A program made the translations under genes and the position numbers. Source: Basidiobolus meristosporus CBS 931.73 (lineage: Eukaryota > Fungi > Basidiobolomycota). From it: 64,000 bases of DNA. The stretch is taken from contig MCFE01000401.1 in NCBI GenBank assembly GCA_002104905.1, forward strand, positions 1 through 64,000. The letters run 5' to 3'. The notes beneath the pieces were generated by a model. That model worked only from the letters and a program-made list of their open reading frames with translations, was not told where the DNA came from and made no database searches. Below, piece after piece: positions 12,596 to 23,700 of the stretch. The stretch's first letter is position 1. Each line of letters begins with the position of its first letter.

Positions 12596-14657
12596 GTGGA
12601 GAGATAGGAACACAAGTTAAGTCACAGGTACTACCATATCCCAACCTCATCAAAAATTTTACCTTCAAGTCTGACATGGATGTGATGACTTGGCACATGG
12701 AGGACTGCCAGGAAGAGTTGGAAAATATTGGGGACAGATATGCACATGGAGACACCTATGCCTATGGCATTAAGAAGCAAAGCAGCCTTATTGTGTGGGT
12801 AATTGGTTAAGTAATCTAAGATTGTTTTTGGAGCAACAAGCAGCTAATATTTATTAGGAAAACTCTACCAAAGTTGCCAGGCTTCTCTTTGTCACGGCCA
12901 ATTTCTGCATCACTCAATACAGAACTCACACAAGCAAGAGCCAGAATGCACCTATAAGGTGGACTATAATCCAGCAGGGAGAAGAAATACATTGGCTAAA
13001 TACCAAATAGTTCATAATGGATATTTAGGAGGTATTCAGGGGAGAAGTGATGGCAACCAAGCTTATGTTGGCAAATGTATATGCTACCAGCAAGGCATAG
13101 TAAATGGTAACACTGCAAGTATCATGCAAGAAAGCCATAGAGCTGAGGAGATAGAAGTATGTCATCTGCAGAATGTGTGCATGTTTGTAGTGGTTAGTAA
13201 GTAGTAGGCATTGTTTTTTTGATTCAAACTATATGTGGAATACTCAAGGTAGCAGTGGATGAGCAAATAAGGAGGGGTGATTCTCCAGTGAAATATATGA
13301 GTTGCACAAGGGGAGGTAAAAAAAGGAAATACTACTTGGTAAATAGGTACAGTAGCATTATACAGAACTAGTTGTAGGCAACCATACTGCCATCATGATC
13401 CCATCAGAGGCTTGCAATAAGGCTGTCAGAGCACCATCATGTTTTTTGCCATATAAGGCAAATGGATGTACTAGCCAGTTAGTTTCACTCAAGTAGTGAT
13501 AGAGAGCATCAAGACTGCTACAATGCCATGCAACCCTTGGCAAAAACTGTCCAAACACTACTATGTATCTTGACTTTATTTGATGGTAGAATTAGCCAAA
13601 TAACATTGTGATCCAATCATAGATCATATAGTGTGTCATTAATTCCAAGCTGCTGGTATTATAACAGTCTCCTGATGGGATCCTGATGGTTAATCTGACT
13701 TTGATTCACCTTAGGAGACAAATCATTTATCATAGGGATCAGCCATACAAAGCATAGGATAATATTGCAAATATTGCACTAATAAGTTGTAAAGCACATA
13801 CCTTTAGGGAGTAAGCCAGAGACCATAGCATTTATGGTTCAAACACATATGAAAAAAGCTGTGCTGATTCTACTAAAAGGATATCACAAAAACAAATCCC
13901 ACAATTGAGAGGTGTTGAGACTTCTAGGACACTCTGCCCAAGCCATTGCAAGAAAATTATACTTCAGATTTCACAAAAAAACTGGCCAAAATTTATGTTC
14001 AAAACAATGCATAAGTAGCTTCTTATTAGTTCTCCACCCATACTCTAACATCCTAGTTTCAGATGCTCAATTACATCTTTTGTTTGCTTATTTTGCTCAG
14101 CAATGCCTCCTTTGACACCCCTTCTTTCTGACATAAATAAAGCTCTTACAGCACTTGCATATAAGTATATTTATTTTTATTGAATCTTCAAATGCAACTA
14201 AGTAGCCAATTTTACTGACCTATATAAGTCCCGGTACCCAACACTAACACTAAGTTCAACCTCAGACTCATAAAGTGAATCCATTAAAATCCACTATTCA
14301 ATGAGAATTTCTGGTGAAATGCTGCTTTCCATGACTTTTGCAGGAGCCCTGCAGCTTTGTGTTGTGGTTCATCAGCTGATTCCAATTTGTCTTAGTCTTC
14401 AGCCTGCAATACAAGGTCTAACACCTCATCTCCCAGTCTTTGCAATACTCAAGTGCATTTTCTGGAGCACTGCTCTTGAGGAAGTGCGGTAACCATTTGC
14501 TCTCCATGTTATTACTGCAAAACCCCACTGTAAGAATTGTGACACTTTTTGGTGTTCATGATTTTGTACAATGTATGTAAATGGGGTCTCTACTCTACTA
14601 CAATTGAAGACATGGGGCTGTGACAGGCCAATTGCCTTTATCTGTGAACTCATCTAC

Positions 14658-17600
14658 TGTTGCAATTTAAGAAGTGATTTGGATATAAGGAACTTATCAA
14701 GAAATAGTGATAATAGTTGAACTGTTGTTTATTCATAAAGAAGCTCAGTATTTATACCTTTGTAGAAGTAATACAGCTGCAACACTAAGTAGGGAGGGTT
14801 TCTCAATATTCAGGAGCATTCTGTAACAGTTTCAGGGTTAGTACATAATGTTTGGTAATAGTGCTAATTTGATCCTGACTATAGGGGAATAATCATAAGA
14901 TCATATATCTGGAGAAAGTGGCGAAGTCAAGGCAGTAAATGAGTCCTACAGTAACTAGGACTAGCCTAGAGTTGTTAAGTAAATTTTTAGCTGCTGAATG
15001 ATACCAAATAGTCCAATATTTCAACACTCCCCCTCAACTAAATAATTTCTTAATCCCAATTTCTCTCTAAGGATCTCAAACTGTGGCCTAGCTAGTGGTT
15101 TTGTTAATATGTCTGCCACCATTTTGTCAGTTGGGCAGTAAACCAGCTCTACTAAGTTATTTTCTACAGCTTCCCTCACAAAGTGATGCTGTATATCAAT
15201 GTGCTTAGTTCTGGCATGATTAGTAGGATTTCTAGCTAATGAAATACAACTTTGATTATCCTTGTAAATACATGTTGGTTCACCTGAATTAAAACCTAAG
15301 TCTTTGAATAATTTTTGTAGCCATATAGCCTCCTTAGATGCTTGACATGCAGCCATATATTCGGCTTCAGTTGTAGATAGTGCCACAGTTGGTTGTTTCT
15401 TGCAATTCCAAGTGATAGCTGCACCAGCATAAAGAAATACATAGCCTGTGGTAGAGCGTCTGTCAATCAGATCTCTACCCCAATCTGAATCACTATAACC
15501 ATCAAATTTTTGCCTATTAGCTGCTCCAGAGTATTCCAGTACCATATTTATGGTACCTTGTAGATATCTGAAAATCCGCTTAACTGCTGCAATTTGATCT
15601 GATCCATAATTCTGCATGAATTGGCTGACTATTCCTACTGCTACTGCAATATCTGGACGTGTAGACACCATCAAGTACATTAGGCTACCGACCATTGATT
15701 GATAGGGAAAGTTTTGGTCCATATTTGAGCCGTTTTCATCCATAACTGGCTGAGATTTGCTTAATTTCAGGTTATTGTCCATAGGGGTTGCTGCAGGCTT
15801 GCAATTTTCCATTTTGAAGCGTCTAAGAATGTCCCTGATGTACTTAGACTGATTCAGCACAATTTTCTGCGTAGGTATGTCAAATTTGACCTCAATTCCA
15901 AGAAAATAGCTCAATTTTCCAAGATCTTTCATCTCAAACTTGCTGAAGAGATCTGATTTCGTCTGTTTAAGTGCCTCTTGATCACTTGTAGCTATAATTA
16001 GGTCGTCCACATAAAGAACTAGGATGATCACACCCTTTTTGAGCTGTTTCACATATATACTGTGATCTGCAGTGCTACGAGAGAACCCAATTTCCTCTAG
16101 ATATGTGTCAATCTTGTTATACCATGCTCTGGGTGCCTGCTTAAGCCCATACAACGATTTTCTAAGTTTGCACACCTTATGGGGGCTTTTTGGATCGGTA
16201 AAACCTTCTGGTTGCTCCATATATATAGTTTCTTGCAAATCCCCATTTAGAAAGGCTGTTTTGACGTCCATTTGGTGTAGATCTAGACTGTGTACAGCTG
16301 CCAGGGCTAGAACTGTCCTAATAGAGTTAAACTTGGCAACCGGAGCAAATGTTTCCTTAAAGTCTAGTCCCTGGATCTGGGAATAGCCTTTAGCTACCAA
16401 TCTAGCCTTGTACTTATCAACGGCACCATTTGAGGTTATCTTGATCTTGTAGACCCATCTACATCCTATTGGCTTTCTCCCATTTGGTAAATCTACCAGT
16501 TCCCACGTTTTTGCCTTGATCAGTGATTGGTACTCCTCCTGCATGGCTTGTTGCCACTTAGTAGCATCTGGACCTTGCATTGCCTGTTCCAGATTCTGAG
16601 GTTCGGCACATAAGGCAAGATAAGCTTCTTCATGATCATTGGATGTCTGCCACCAGGATCCAGGGGCATTTCTTATTCTGGTAGATCTCCTAACTGGGAT
16701 AATCTGATCTGATCTGGAACTGGTAGAAGTATCTTCCATCTCTGGCTGGATTTGGTACGTATCTTCCTCATTTGTGTTGATTGCATCATCAGGCAGCTGG
16801 CCAATGATTTCTGTGGCTTTCTGATCTGAATTCTCCTCAAATACAACGTCCCTGCTCTTGATCAGCTTCTGAATTTCGCCATCATACACTCTATACCCTT
16901 TAGTATCTTCACAATACCCAAGAAAGATCCCTTTTCTACTCTTTGGTTCCAACTTTGAGCGTTTTTTGTCAGGGATGTGATAAAAAACATCACTGCCAAA
17001 GATCCTGAGGTGCTGGAGATCTGGTTTTTTGCCTGTATATGCTTCAAAGGGTGTAGAATCACGTAGTGCTGTTGTTGGGCATCTGTTCTTGATGTATACA
17101 GCGGTAGCAACAGATTCAGCCCAAAACCTGTAGTCCATTCCCTTATCATGTAGCATAGATCTTCCCATCTCTACTATTGTTCTATTTGCACGTTCTGCTA
17201 CTCCATTTTGCTGTGGAGTATGAGGAACTGTGGTCTGTTGAAGTATACCAGTAGACAAGCAGTATTTTGCAAACTCCTTTGAGCAGTATTCTCCTCCATT
17301 GTCACTTCGTAGTACCTTCAATTTACACCCAGTTTGTGTTTCTGCCATGTTCTTGAAGTGCTTAAACGTCTTTAAAGCTTCATCCTTTGTTTTGAGGAAG
17401 TACACCCATGTATATCTTGTCTTGTCATCAATAAACGTCATAAAGTATCTCTTGGCTCCAAAGGACAGTGTTCTCATGGGGCCACATATGTCTGAGTGTA
17501 CAATAGCCAATATCTTGTTGGTATTAATGCCTTCTGAGCTCTTGAAACGTTGCCTAGCTTGTTTGCCATATGAACATCCCTTACAAACATTCAATTTGAT

Positions 17601-19343
17601 CGGAATTGAGTATTTTAGGCCCAAAACAAGCTGATTTTTCACCAATTGGCTCATTTTCTGTTCCCCTATGTGTCCTAGCCTCCTATGCCACGTCTCCCAG
17701 TTGGTTTCATCAGTTTCAGCAATGTTGACATACTCAGGTACAATGATCTTGCATTGTAACTTGTATATATTGTGATCTCTGATTCCCGAAGCTAATTTTT
17801 GTCCATTTTCACTCAATATTGAGCAGCTCAGCTTAGTAAAAACAAATTTCAGTCCCTGAGTAGTTGCTTTACTGACTGAGAGTAGGTTCTTAGCTATTCC
17901 AGGTACATAGAGTACGTCAGTCAGTTTTGCTGTTGTTGCCCCTGAGTTATCACTCATATTTAGTTGTATAGACCCACTAGCGGTAGCTTCCAATGCAGAG
18001 TTATCTCCCAGATAAACCTCTCTTACGGGAATAGTCTTTAAGTTGCTGAACCAATCCTTTATACCACAAATATGCTGTGATGCTCCAGAGTCAATATACC
18101 ATTCATTACTTCGGTTACTTGCACTCTCTTGTATAGTGACAAATAACTGTTCATCAGTAGTTATATGGTTTGCCTGCTCTAGTTTCTGTTTTTCGTCTGC
18201 TTGTTTCTTCTTGCATTCTCTTGCCCAGTGTCCTGGTTTCTTACAGTAGTTACAGCAGCCAGGTTTTCTTCGGTTTTGTTGCTTTCCCTTCTTTTCTGCA
18301 TGCCACTCTGAACTGAATAAAGCATTATCTTCAGTTTTCTCTGCTTGATCATTACGTCTGAGTTCTTCATGGAGAAGTCTTCCTTTGACATAGTCTAAAG
18401 TCAAGTTGTCTTCTCTGCTTTCAAAAGAAAGTATGAGTGGCTCATACTCGTCTGGTAGGCTGCAAAGCAGACAGAGTATCTTTTCTTCATCATCTACACC
18501 AGCATTAATACTGTAAAGTTCTTCTGCAAGTGTCTCCATTCTGGTAATGAGTTGTAGCATGTCATCATCTGGCTTTTTTCTCATGTTGAAGAACTTTCGT
18601 TTCAAATAAAGCTTGCTTGATACTGACTTTGCTCTAAAGATCTTCTCTAAGGATTCCCATGCTGCTTTGGCAGTATTTGAGGCATGGATTTGTCCAATGA
18701 AGGAGTCTTGCACATTGATGCATATTGCATTGAAGGCCTTTCTCTCCTTCTCTTGAAACTTCTCCACATCTTCTGCTGTTCCTTTGGGCTCAACTTCCTT
18801 TCCTGTTACTATGTTCCAAAGCTTTCTTTCCTCAAGGTGGATCTGCATCTTGATTCTCCAAAGTCTGTAGTTCTTCCCATCAAACCTCTCCTTTACAGGG
18901 AAGATGTTGGTATTGCTTTGTTTGCTGGTAGAAGTCATCTTTAGAATAGATTAAGGCAATCGGGGCTCATAACCTGTTGCAATTTAAGAAGTGATTTGGA
19001 TATAAGGAACTTATCAAGAAATAGTGATAATAGTTGAACTGTTGTTTATTCATCAAGAAGCTCAGTATTTATACCTTTGTAGAAGTAATACAGCTGCAAC
19101 ACTAAGTAGGGAGGGTTTCTCAATATTCAGGAGCATTCTGTAACAGTTTCAGGGTTAGTACATAATGTTTGCTAATAGTGCTAATTTGATCCTGACTATA
19201 GGGGAATAATCATAAGATCATATATCTGGAGAAAGTGGCGAAGTCAAGGCAGTAAATGAGTCCTACAGTAACTAGGACTAGCCTAGAATTGTTAAGTAAA
19301 TTTTTAGCTGCTGAATGATACCAAATAGTCCAATATTTCAACA
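14658..19343 (-). mobile_element. Ty1/copia LTR retrotransposon, family 1 copy b (intact, young)
   Basis: LTRs 14658-15026 and 18975-19343, about 3 differences by eye; TSD TCTAC; PBS and PPT present. Confidence 0.98.
15021..18938 (-). CDS. Copia gag-pol polyprotein (1305 aa; gag, protease, integrase, RT, RNase H)
   Basis: Uninterrupted ORF with CX2CX4HX4C, IDSGAS, HRRLGH..C..C, VHSDICG, SDNGGEY, NGVAERAN, YVDDL, YSDSDW, KHIDI. Confidence 0.97.
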   Translation of the reverse strand: MTSTSKQSNTNIFPVKERFDGKNYRLWRIKMQIHLEERKLWNIVTGKEVEPKGTAEDVEKFQEKERKAFNAICINVQDSFIGQIHASNTAKAAWESLEKIFRAKSVSSKLYLKRKFFNMRKKPDDDMLQLITRMETLAEELYSINAGVDDEEKILCLLCSLPDEYEPLILSFESREDNLTLDYVKGRLLHEELRRNDQAEKTEDNALFSSEWHAEKKGKQQNRRKPGCCNYCKKPGHWARECKKKQADEKQKLEQANHITTDEQLFVTIQESASNRSNEWYIDSGASQHICGIKDWFSNLKTIPVREVYLGDNSALEATASGSIQLNMSDNSGATTAKLTDVLYVPGIAKNLLSVSKATTQGLKFVFTKLSCSILSENGQKLASGIRDHNIYKLQCKIIVPEYVNIAETDETNWETWHRRLGHIGEQKMSQLVKNQLVLGLKYSIPIKLNVCKGCSYGKQARQRFKSSEGINTNKILAIVHSDICGPMRTLSFGAKRYFMTFIDDKTRYTWVYFLKTKDEALKTFKHFKNMAETQTGCKLKVLRSDNGGEYCSKEFAKYCLSTGILQQTTVPHTPQQNGVAERANRTIVEMGRSMLHDKGMDYRFWAESVATAVYIKNRCPTTALRDSTPFEAYTGKKPDLQHLRIFGSDVFYHIPDKKRSKLEPKSRKGIFLGYCEDTKGYRVYDGEIQKLIKSRDVVFEENSDQKATEIIGQLPDDAINTNEEDTYQIQPEMEDTSTSSRSDQIIPVRRSTRIRNAPGSWWQTSNDHEEAYLALCAEPQNLEQAMQGPDATKWQQAMQEEYQSLIKAKTWELVDLPNGRKPIGCRWVYKIKITSNGAVDKYKARLVAKGYSQIQGLDFKETFAPVAKFNSIRTVLALAAVHSLDLHQMDVKTAFLNGDLQETIYMEQPEGFTDPKSPHKVCKLRKSLYGLKQAPRAWYNKIDTYLEEIGFSRSTADHSIYVKQLKKGVIILVLYVDDLIIATSDQEALKQTKSDLFSKFEMKDLGKLSYFLGIEVKFDIPTQKIVLNQSKYIRDILRRFKMENCKPAATPMDNNLKLSKSQPVMDENGSNMDQNFPYQSMVGSLMYLMVSTRPDIAVAVGIVSQFMQNYGSDQIAAVKRIFRYLQGTINMVLEYSGAANRQKFDGYSDSDWGRDLIDRRSTTGYVFLYAGAAITWNCKKQPTVALSTTEAEYMAACQASKEAIWLQKLFKDLGFNSGEPTCIYKDNQSCISLARNPTNHARTKHIDIQHHFVREAVENNLVELVYCPTDKMVADILTKPLARPQFEILREKLGLRNYLVEGEC

Positions 19344-19556
19344 TCTACCTCACTGGAGTGTGTCTCAACTGGGTGCACTTCTAACTTTTAAGAAAACCGC
19401 AGTGTTGTTTAGGTAGATCATCTTGACGTATAGGGATTCAGACTGCATTGGGCTTAAGGCATTAGTTGGTAAAAATTGCAGCTTTTTTTTGCACATTCCT
19501 GTCTCTTACTTGGGTTAACATCTTTCCCATCACTTTGTCTTTTATCCAATGTAGTT

Positions 19557-19875
19557 ACAGGTAGAGATTGTAGAGCATCCCATCATGGTGGCTGACCTGA
19601 TCTTGTTGTGGTACCACTGCAAAGCTGCATCTACCAGGTAAGAGGCTGCATAATGTAACTTGCTTTCTGGAGCAATTCCTTTGGCCTTAAGAGCTTCTTC
19701 AATCTGAAAGAGCCAAGTTCCCAGGTATTCATTGACTCTGCCATGGTACTGGTTGACCTTCACACTAAAGTTGCTCTTGACAGGGTTTTGCTGGCTTTGG
19801 GCCATGGTACTCATTCCTTGATGCTGCAGGCTAAGGATCTGGAGTAACTGTTGCTGTTGGGCCAGGATTTGCGGC
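19557..19875 (-). pseudogene. LTR-less fragment of the gypsy family-B gag
   Basis: ORF 19542-19898 (YHGRVNEYLGTWLFQIEEAL..YAASYLVDAALQWYHNK) matches 40440-40633 plus 41710-41830. Confidence 0.85.
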
Positions 19876-20789
19876 CTGAGGAGTCCAGAATAATACATTC
19901 AGTGAGTAGTCTGTGAACATGGCCTTCTTTGGACACAGTGCTGTGTTTTGCTTTGAATATCAAAGCATGCTATTGTTCAACTGCTCTTCTGCTGCTGTCA
20001 GCAGTGGGGTATGGTAGAAAACCATACAACCATGTCTTATTTTTTGGTAGGATATATATAGATGTGAATTAGATCAACAAGGAAATAATGCTCTATATAT
20101 ATGCTTATGTAGTGCCACAACTTTATTTGAATGCGTGCGAAGGTAGGTCCTCATTAAGTTTTACATTCATACAGGTGCAATTTCTCAGAACAAGACTGTC
20201 TCAGAATCATATTGGTAAATACAAAATGGTAATATAATAGCATTATGTTGCTGAATATCAATCTGCTTGCCCCATGGCAAAGACTACTTTGCTTTAACAT
20301 TGTAAGATAAGAGAAAAAGACCATGCGGCAGTTATCACAAGCATCTCAGTCATGAAGCATGCCCACAGCATAGAATGTACAAAATGGAGCATGTCTAGTA
20401 TTTTGCTACACAAGTTATATATGTGTATTCTTCAGGTACTGGTATTACAATAATATATTGCTAGTCCCTTTATGCTTCCATAATGGCACCTGGCTGCACT
20501 TGTTCCCTTAAGAAGCCTGAGTTGGGTTAGTTTTGATGCCTTTTGATTCACCTCAGCCTTGCAAATATGGCCTGAAATGTTTGAGCTCTGAAGAACAAGG
20601 CTTGCTGATGGAACGTGAGCCTATCTCCTTTCACAGCAGTACCCTACAGGAGCTTTTCAAAGTCCAATTATACAAAGAGACAACAACTATGAAAAGTAAG
20701 CCTAGGATAATTTTTGGAGCCAAGTGAGGCCAATAATCCATATGCTGATGAATGATGTGATGTTGTGGCTGAAGTAGTGGCATGATTGA

Positions 20790-23700
20790 ATATGGTTGCT
20801 GGTAGCATTACTTATGTAGCTTTGCATAGTGCATTTCTTGCTTTATTTGCTTCTCTTTATCTCCAGACATATTTCTCTCCAAGAATGTTTACTTATATGA
20901 ATATACCGGGTATTTTAATAATAATAAGTATCTTAATTGTATTGCCCATTCTGCTATTCTCTCTTATGTATAACTTTCCTCTGTATTTACCTACTAGTAT
21001 GCTAAATCTGTTTAGATATTAAAGTGCAAGCTCTACTCACACTCTGAAATGATTGAATACCTCATTGTAGAGCTGCTGATTGCTGCTAAGCACACCATTT
21101 CTTAGCGTTTAAAAAGCTGTAATACAACCTTATCTCTGACAATCCTCAGGTATAAAAGCTGGCTCAGCCATACATTTTCCCCTCCTCTGAATTCTGGATC
21201 ATTTTCTGTTGAATATAGGATTATTTGGTATCATTCTGCAGCTAAAATTTACTTAACAATTCTGGACTAGTCTTGGTCACTGTAGGACTAACTACAGCTC
21301 TAACTCTGCCACTTTCTTCAGATCTATGATCTTATGATTATTCCCCTATAGTCAGGATCAAATTAGTACTAATACTAACTATTATGTACAAACCCTGAAA
21401 CTGTTACAGAATGCTCCTGAATATTGAGAAACCCTCCTTACTTAGTGTTACAGCTGTATTACTTCTACAAAGGTTTAAATATTGAGCTTCTTTATTAATA
21501 AACAACAGCTCAACTATTATCACTATTTCTTGATAAGTTCCTTATATCCAAATCACATCTTAAATTGCAACAGGTTATGAGCCCCAATTGCCTTAATCTA
21601 TTCTAAAAGATGACTGCTAGCAGCAAACAGAGCAATACCAACATCTTCCCTGTAAAGGGGAGGTTTGATGGGAAGAACTGCAGACTTTGGAGAATCAAGT
21701 TGCAGATCCACCTTGAGGAAAGGAAGCTTTAGAGCATAGTAACAGGAAAGGAATTTGAGCCCAAAGGAACAGCAGAGGAAGTGGAGAAGTTTCAAGAGAA
21801 TGAGAGAAAGGCCTTCAATGCCATATGCATCAATGTGCAAGACTCCTTCATTGGACAAATCCATGCCTCAAATACTGCCAAAGCAGCACGGGAATCCTTA
21901 GAGAAGATCTTTAGAGCAAAGTTAGTATCAAGCAAGCTTTATTTGAAACAAAAGTTCTTCAACATGAGAAAAAAGCCAGATGATGACATGCTACAACTCA
22001 TTACCAGAATGGAGACACTTGCAGAAGAACTTTACAGTTTTAATGCTGGTGTAGATGATGAAGAAAAGATACTGTGTCTGCTTTGCAGCCTATCAGACAA
22101 GTATGAGCCACTCATACTTTCTTTTGAAAGCAGAGAAGACAACTTGACTTTAGACTATGTCAAAGGAAGACTTCTCCATGAGAACTCAGACATAATGTTC
22201 AAGCAGAGAAAGTTGAGGATAATGCTTTATTCAGTTCAGAAAGGCACTCAGAAACAAAGGTAAAGCAACAAAACCAAAGAAAACCTGGCTGCTGTAACTA
22301 CTGTAAAAAGCCAGGACACTGGGCAAGAGAATGCAACAAGAAATAAGCAGGCAAAAAACAGAAACTAGAGCAGGCAAACCATATACTTACTGATGAACAG
22401 TTATTTGTCACTATACATGAGAGTGCAAGTAACCAAATTAATGAATGGTATATTGACTCTGGAGCATCACAGCATATTTGTGGTATGAAATATTGGTTCA
22501 GCAACCTAAAGACTATTCCTGTAAGAAAGGTTTATCTAGGAGATAACTCTGCAATGGAAGTTACCGCTAGTGGGTTTATACAACTAAATATGAGTGATAA
22601 CTCAGGGGCAACAACAGCAAAACTGACTGACGTACTATATGTACTTGGAGTAGCTAAGAACCTACTCTCAGGCAGTAAAGCAACTACTCAGGGACTGAAA
22701 TTTGTTTTTACTGAGCTGAGCTGCTCAATATTGAGTAAAAATGGACAAAAATTAGCTTTGGTAATCAGAGATCACAATATTTACAAGTTACAATGCAAGA
22801 TCATTGTACCTGATCATGTCAACATTGCTGAAACTGATGAAACCAACTGGGAGATGTGGCATAGGAGGCTAGGATTAATAGGGGAACAGAAAATGAGCCA
22901 GTTGGTGAAAAATCAACTAGTTTTCGGCCTAAATTACACCATTCTGATCAAATTGAATGTCTGTAAGGGATGTTCATATGGCAAACAAGCTAGGCAACAA
23001 TTCAAGAGCTCAGGAGGCTTCAATACCACAAAAATACTGACTATTGTACACTCAGACATATGTGGCCCCATGACAACACTGTCCTTTGGAGCCAAGAGAT
23101 ACTTATGACGTTTATTGATGACAAGACAAGATATACATGGGTGTACTTCCTCAAAATAAAGGATGAAGCTTTAGAGATATTTAAGCACTTCAAGAACATG
23201 ACAGAAACGCATATTGGGTGCAAATTGAAGGTGCTATGAAGTGACATTGGAGGGGAACATTGCTCAAAAGATTTTGCAAAATACTGCTCATCTACTAGTA
23301 TACTTCAACAGACCACTGTTCCCTATATTCCACAGCAAAATAGAGTAGCAGAACGTGCAAATAGAGTAATAGTAGAGATGGGAGGATCTATGCTACATGA
23401 TAAGGGAATGGACTACAGGTTTTTGGCTGAATCTGTTCCTACTGCTGTATACATCAATAACAGATGCCCAATTACAGCACAACAAGATGCTACACCCTTT
23501 GAAGCATATACAGGCAAAAAACCAGATCTCCAGCACCTCAGATCTTTGGCAGTGATGTTTTTTATCACATCCCTGACAAAATACGCTTAAAGCTGGAACC
23601 AAAGAGTATGCAAGGGACCTTTCTTGGGTATTGTGAAGATACTAAAGGGTATAGAGTGTATGATGGCAAATTCAGAAGCTGATCAAGAGCAGGGACATTG

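Larger units (their letters stand above)
5090..13200 (+). pseudogene. tnp2/DUF4218-type CACTA transposase, copy A, split by two LTR-element insertions
   Basis: GDTPAINKITGFSGHNGQYCCQMCEIQG (7042-7281); MDLLFYNIP..QYKYKDW (7396-7677); resumes after 12600 with EIGTQVKSQVLPYPN. Confidence 0.8.
2541..13737 (+). mobile_element. CACTA/EnSpm-type element copy A (decayed; contains a solo LTR-C and Copia-1a)
   Basis: Starts CCCTATGAAA (2541), ends tttatCATAGGG (13737); collinear with 50142-55934; flanks share only AT, so the TSD is not clean. Confidence 0.75.

Noticed and set aside
20786-21022. Hydrophobic 78-aa ORF resembling a membrane peptide
   Set aside because: It is the antisense frame of the purine-rich C-terminus and downstream region of the H transposase.
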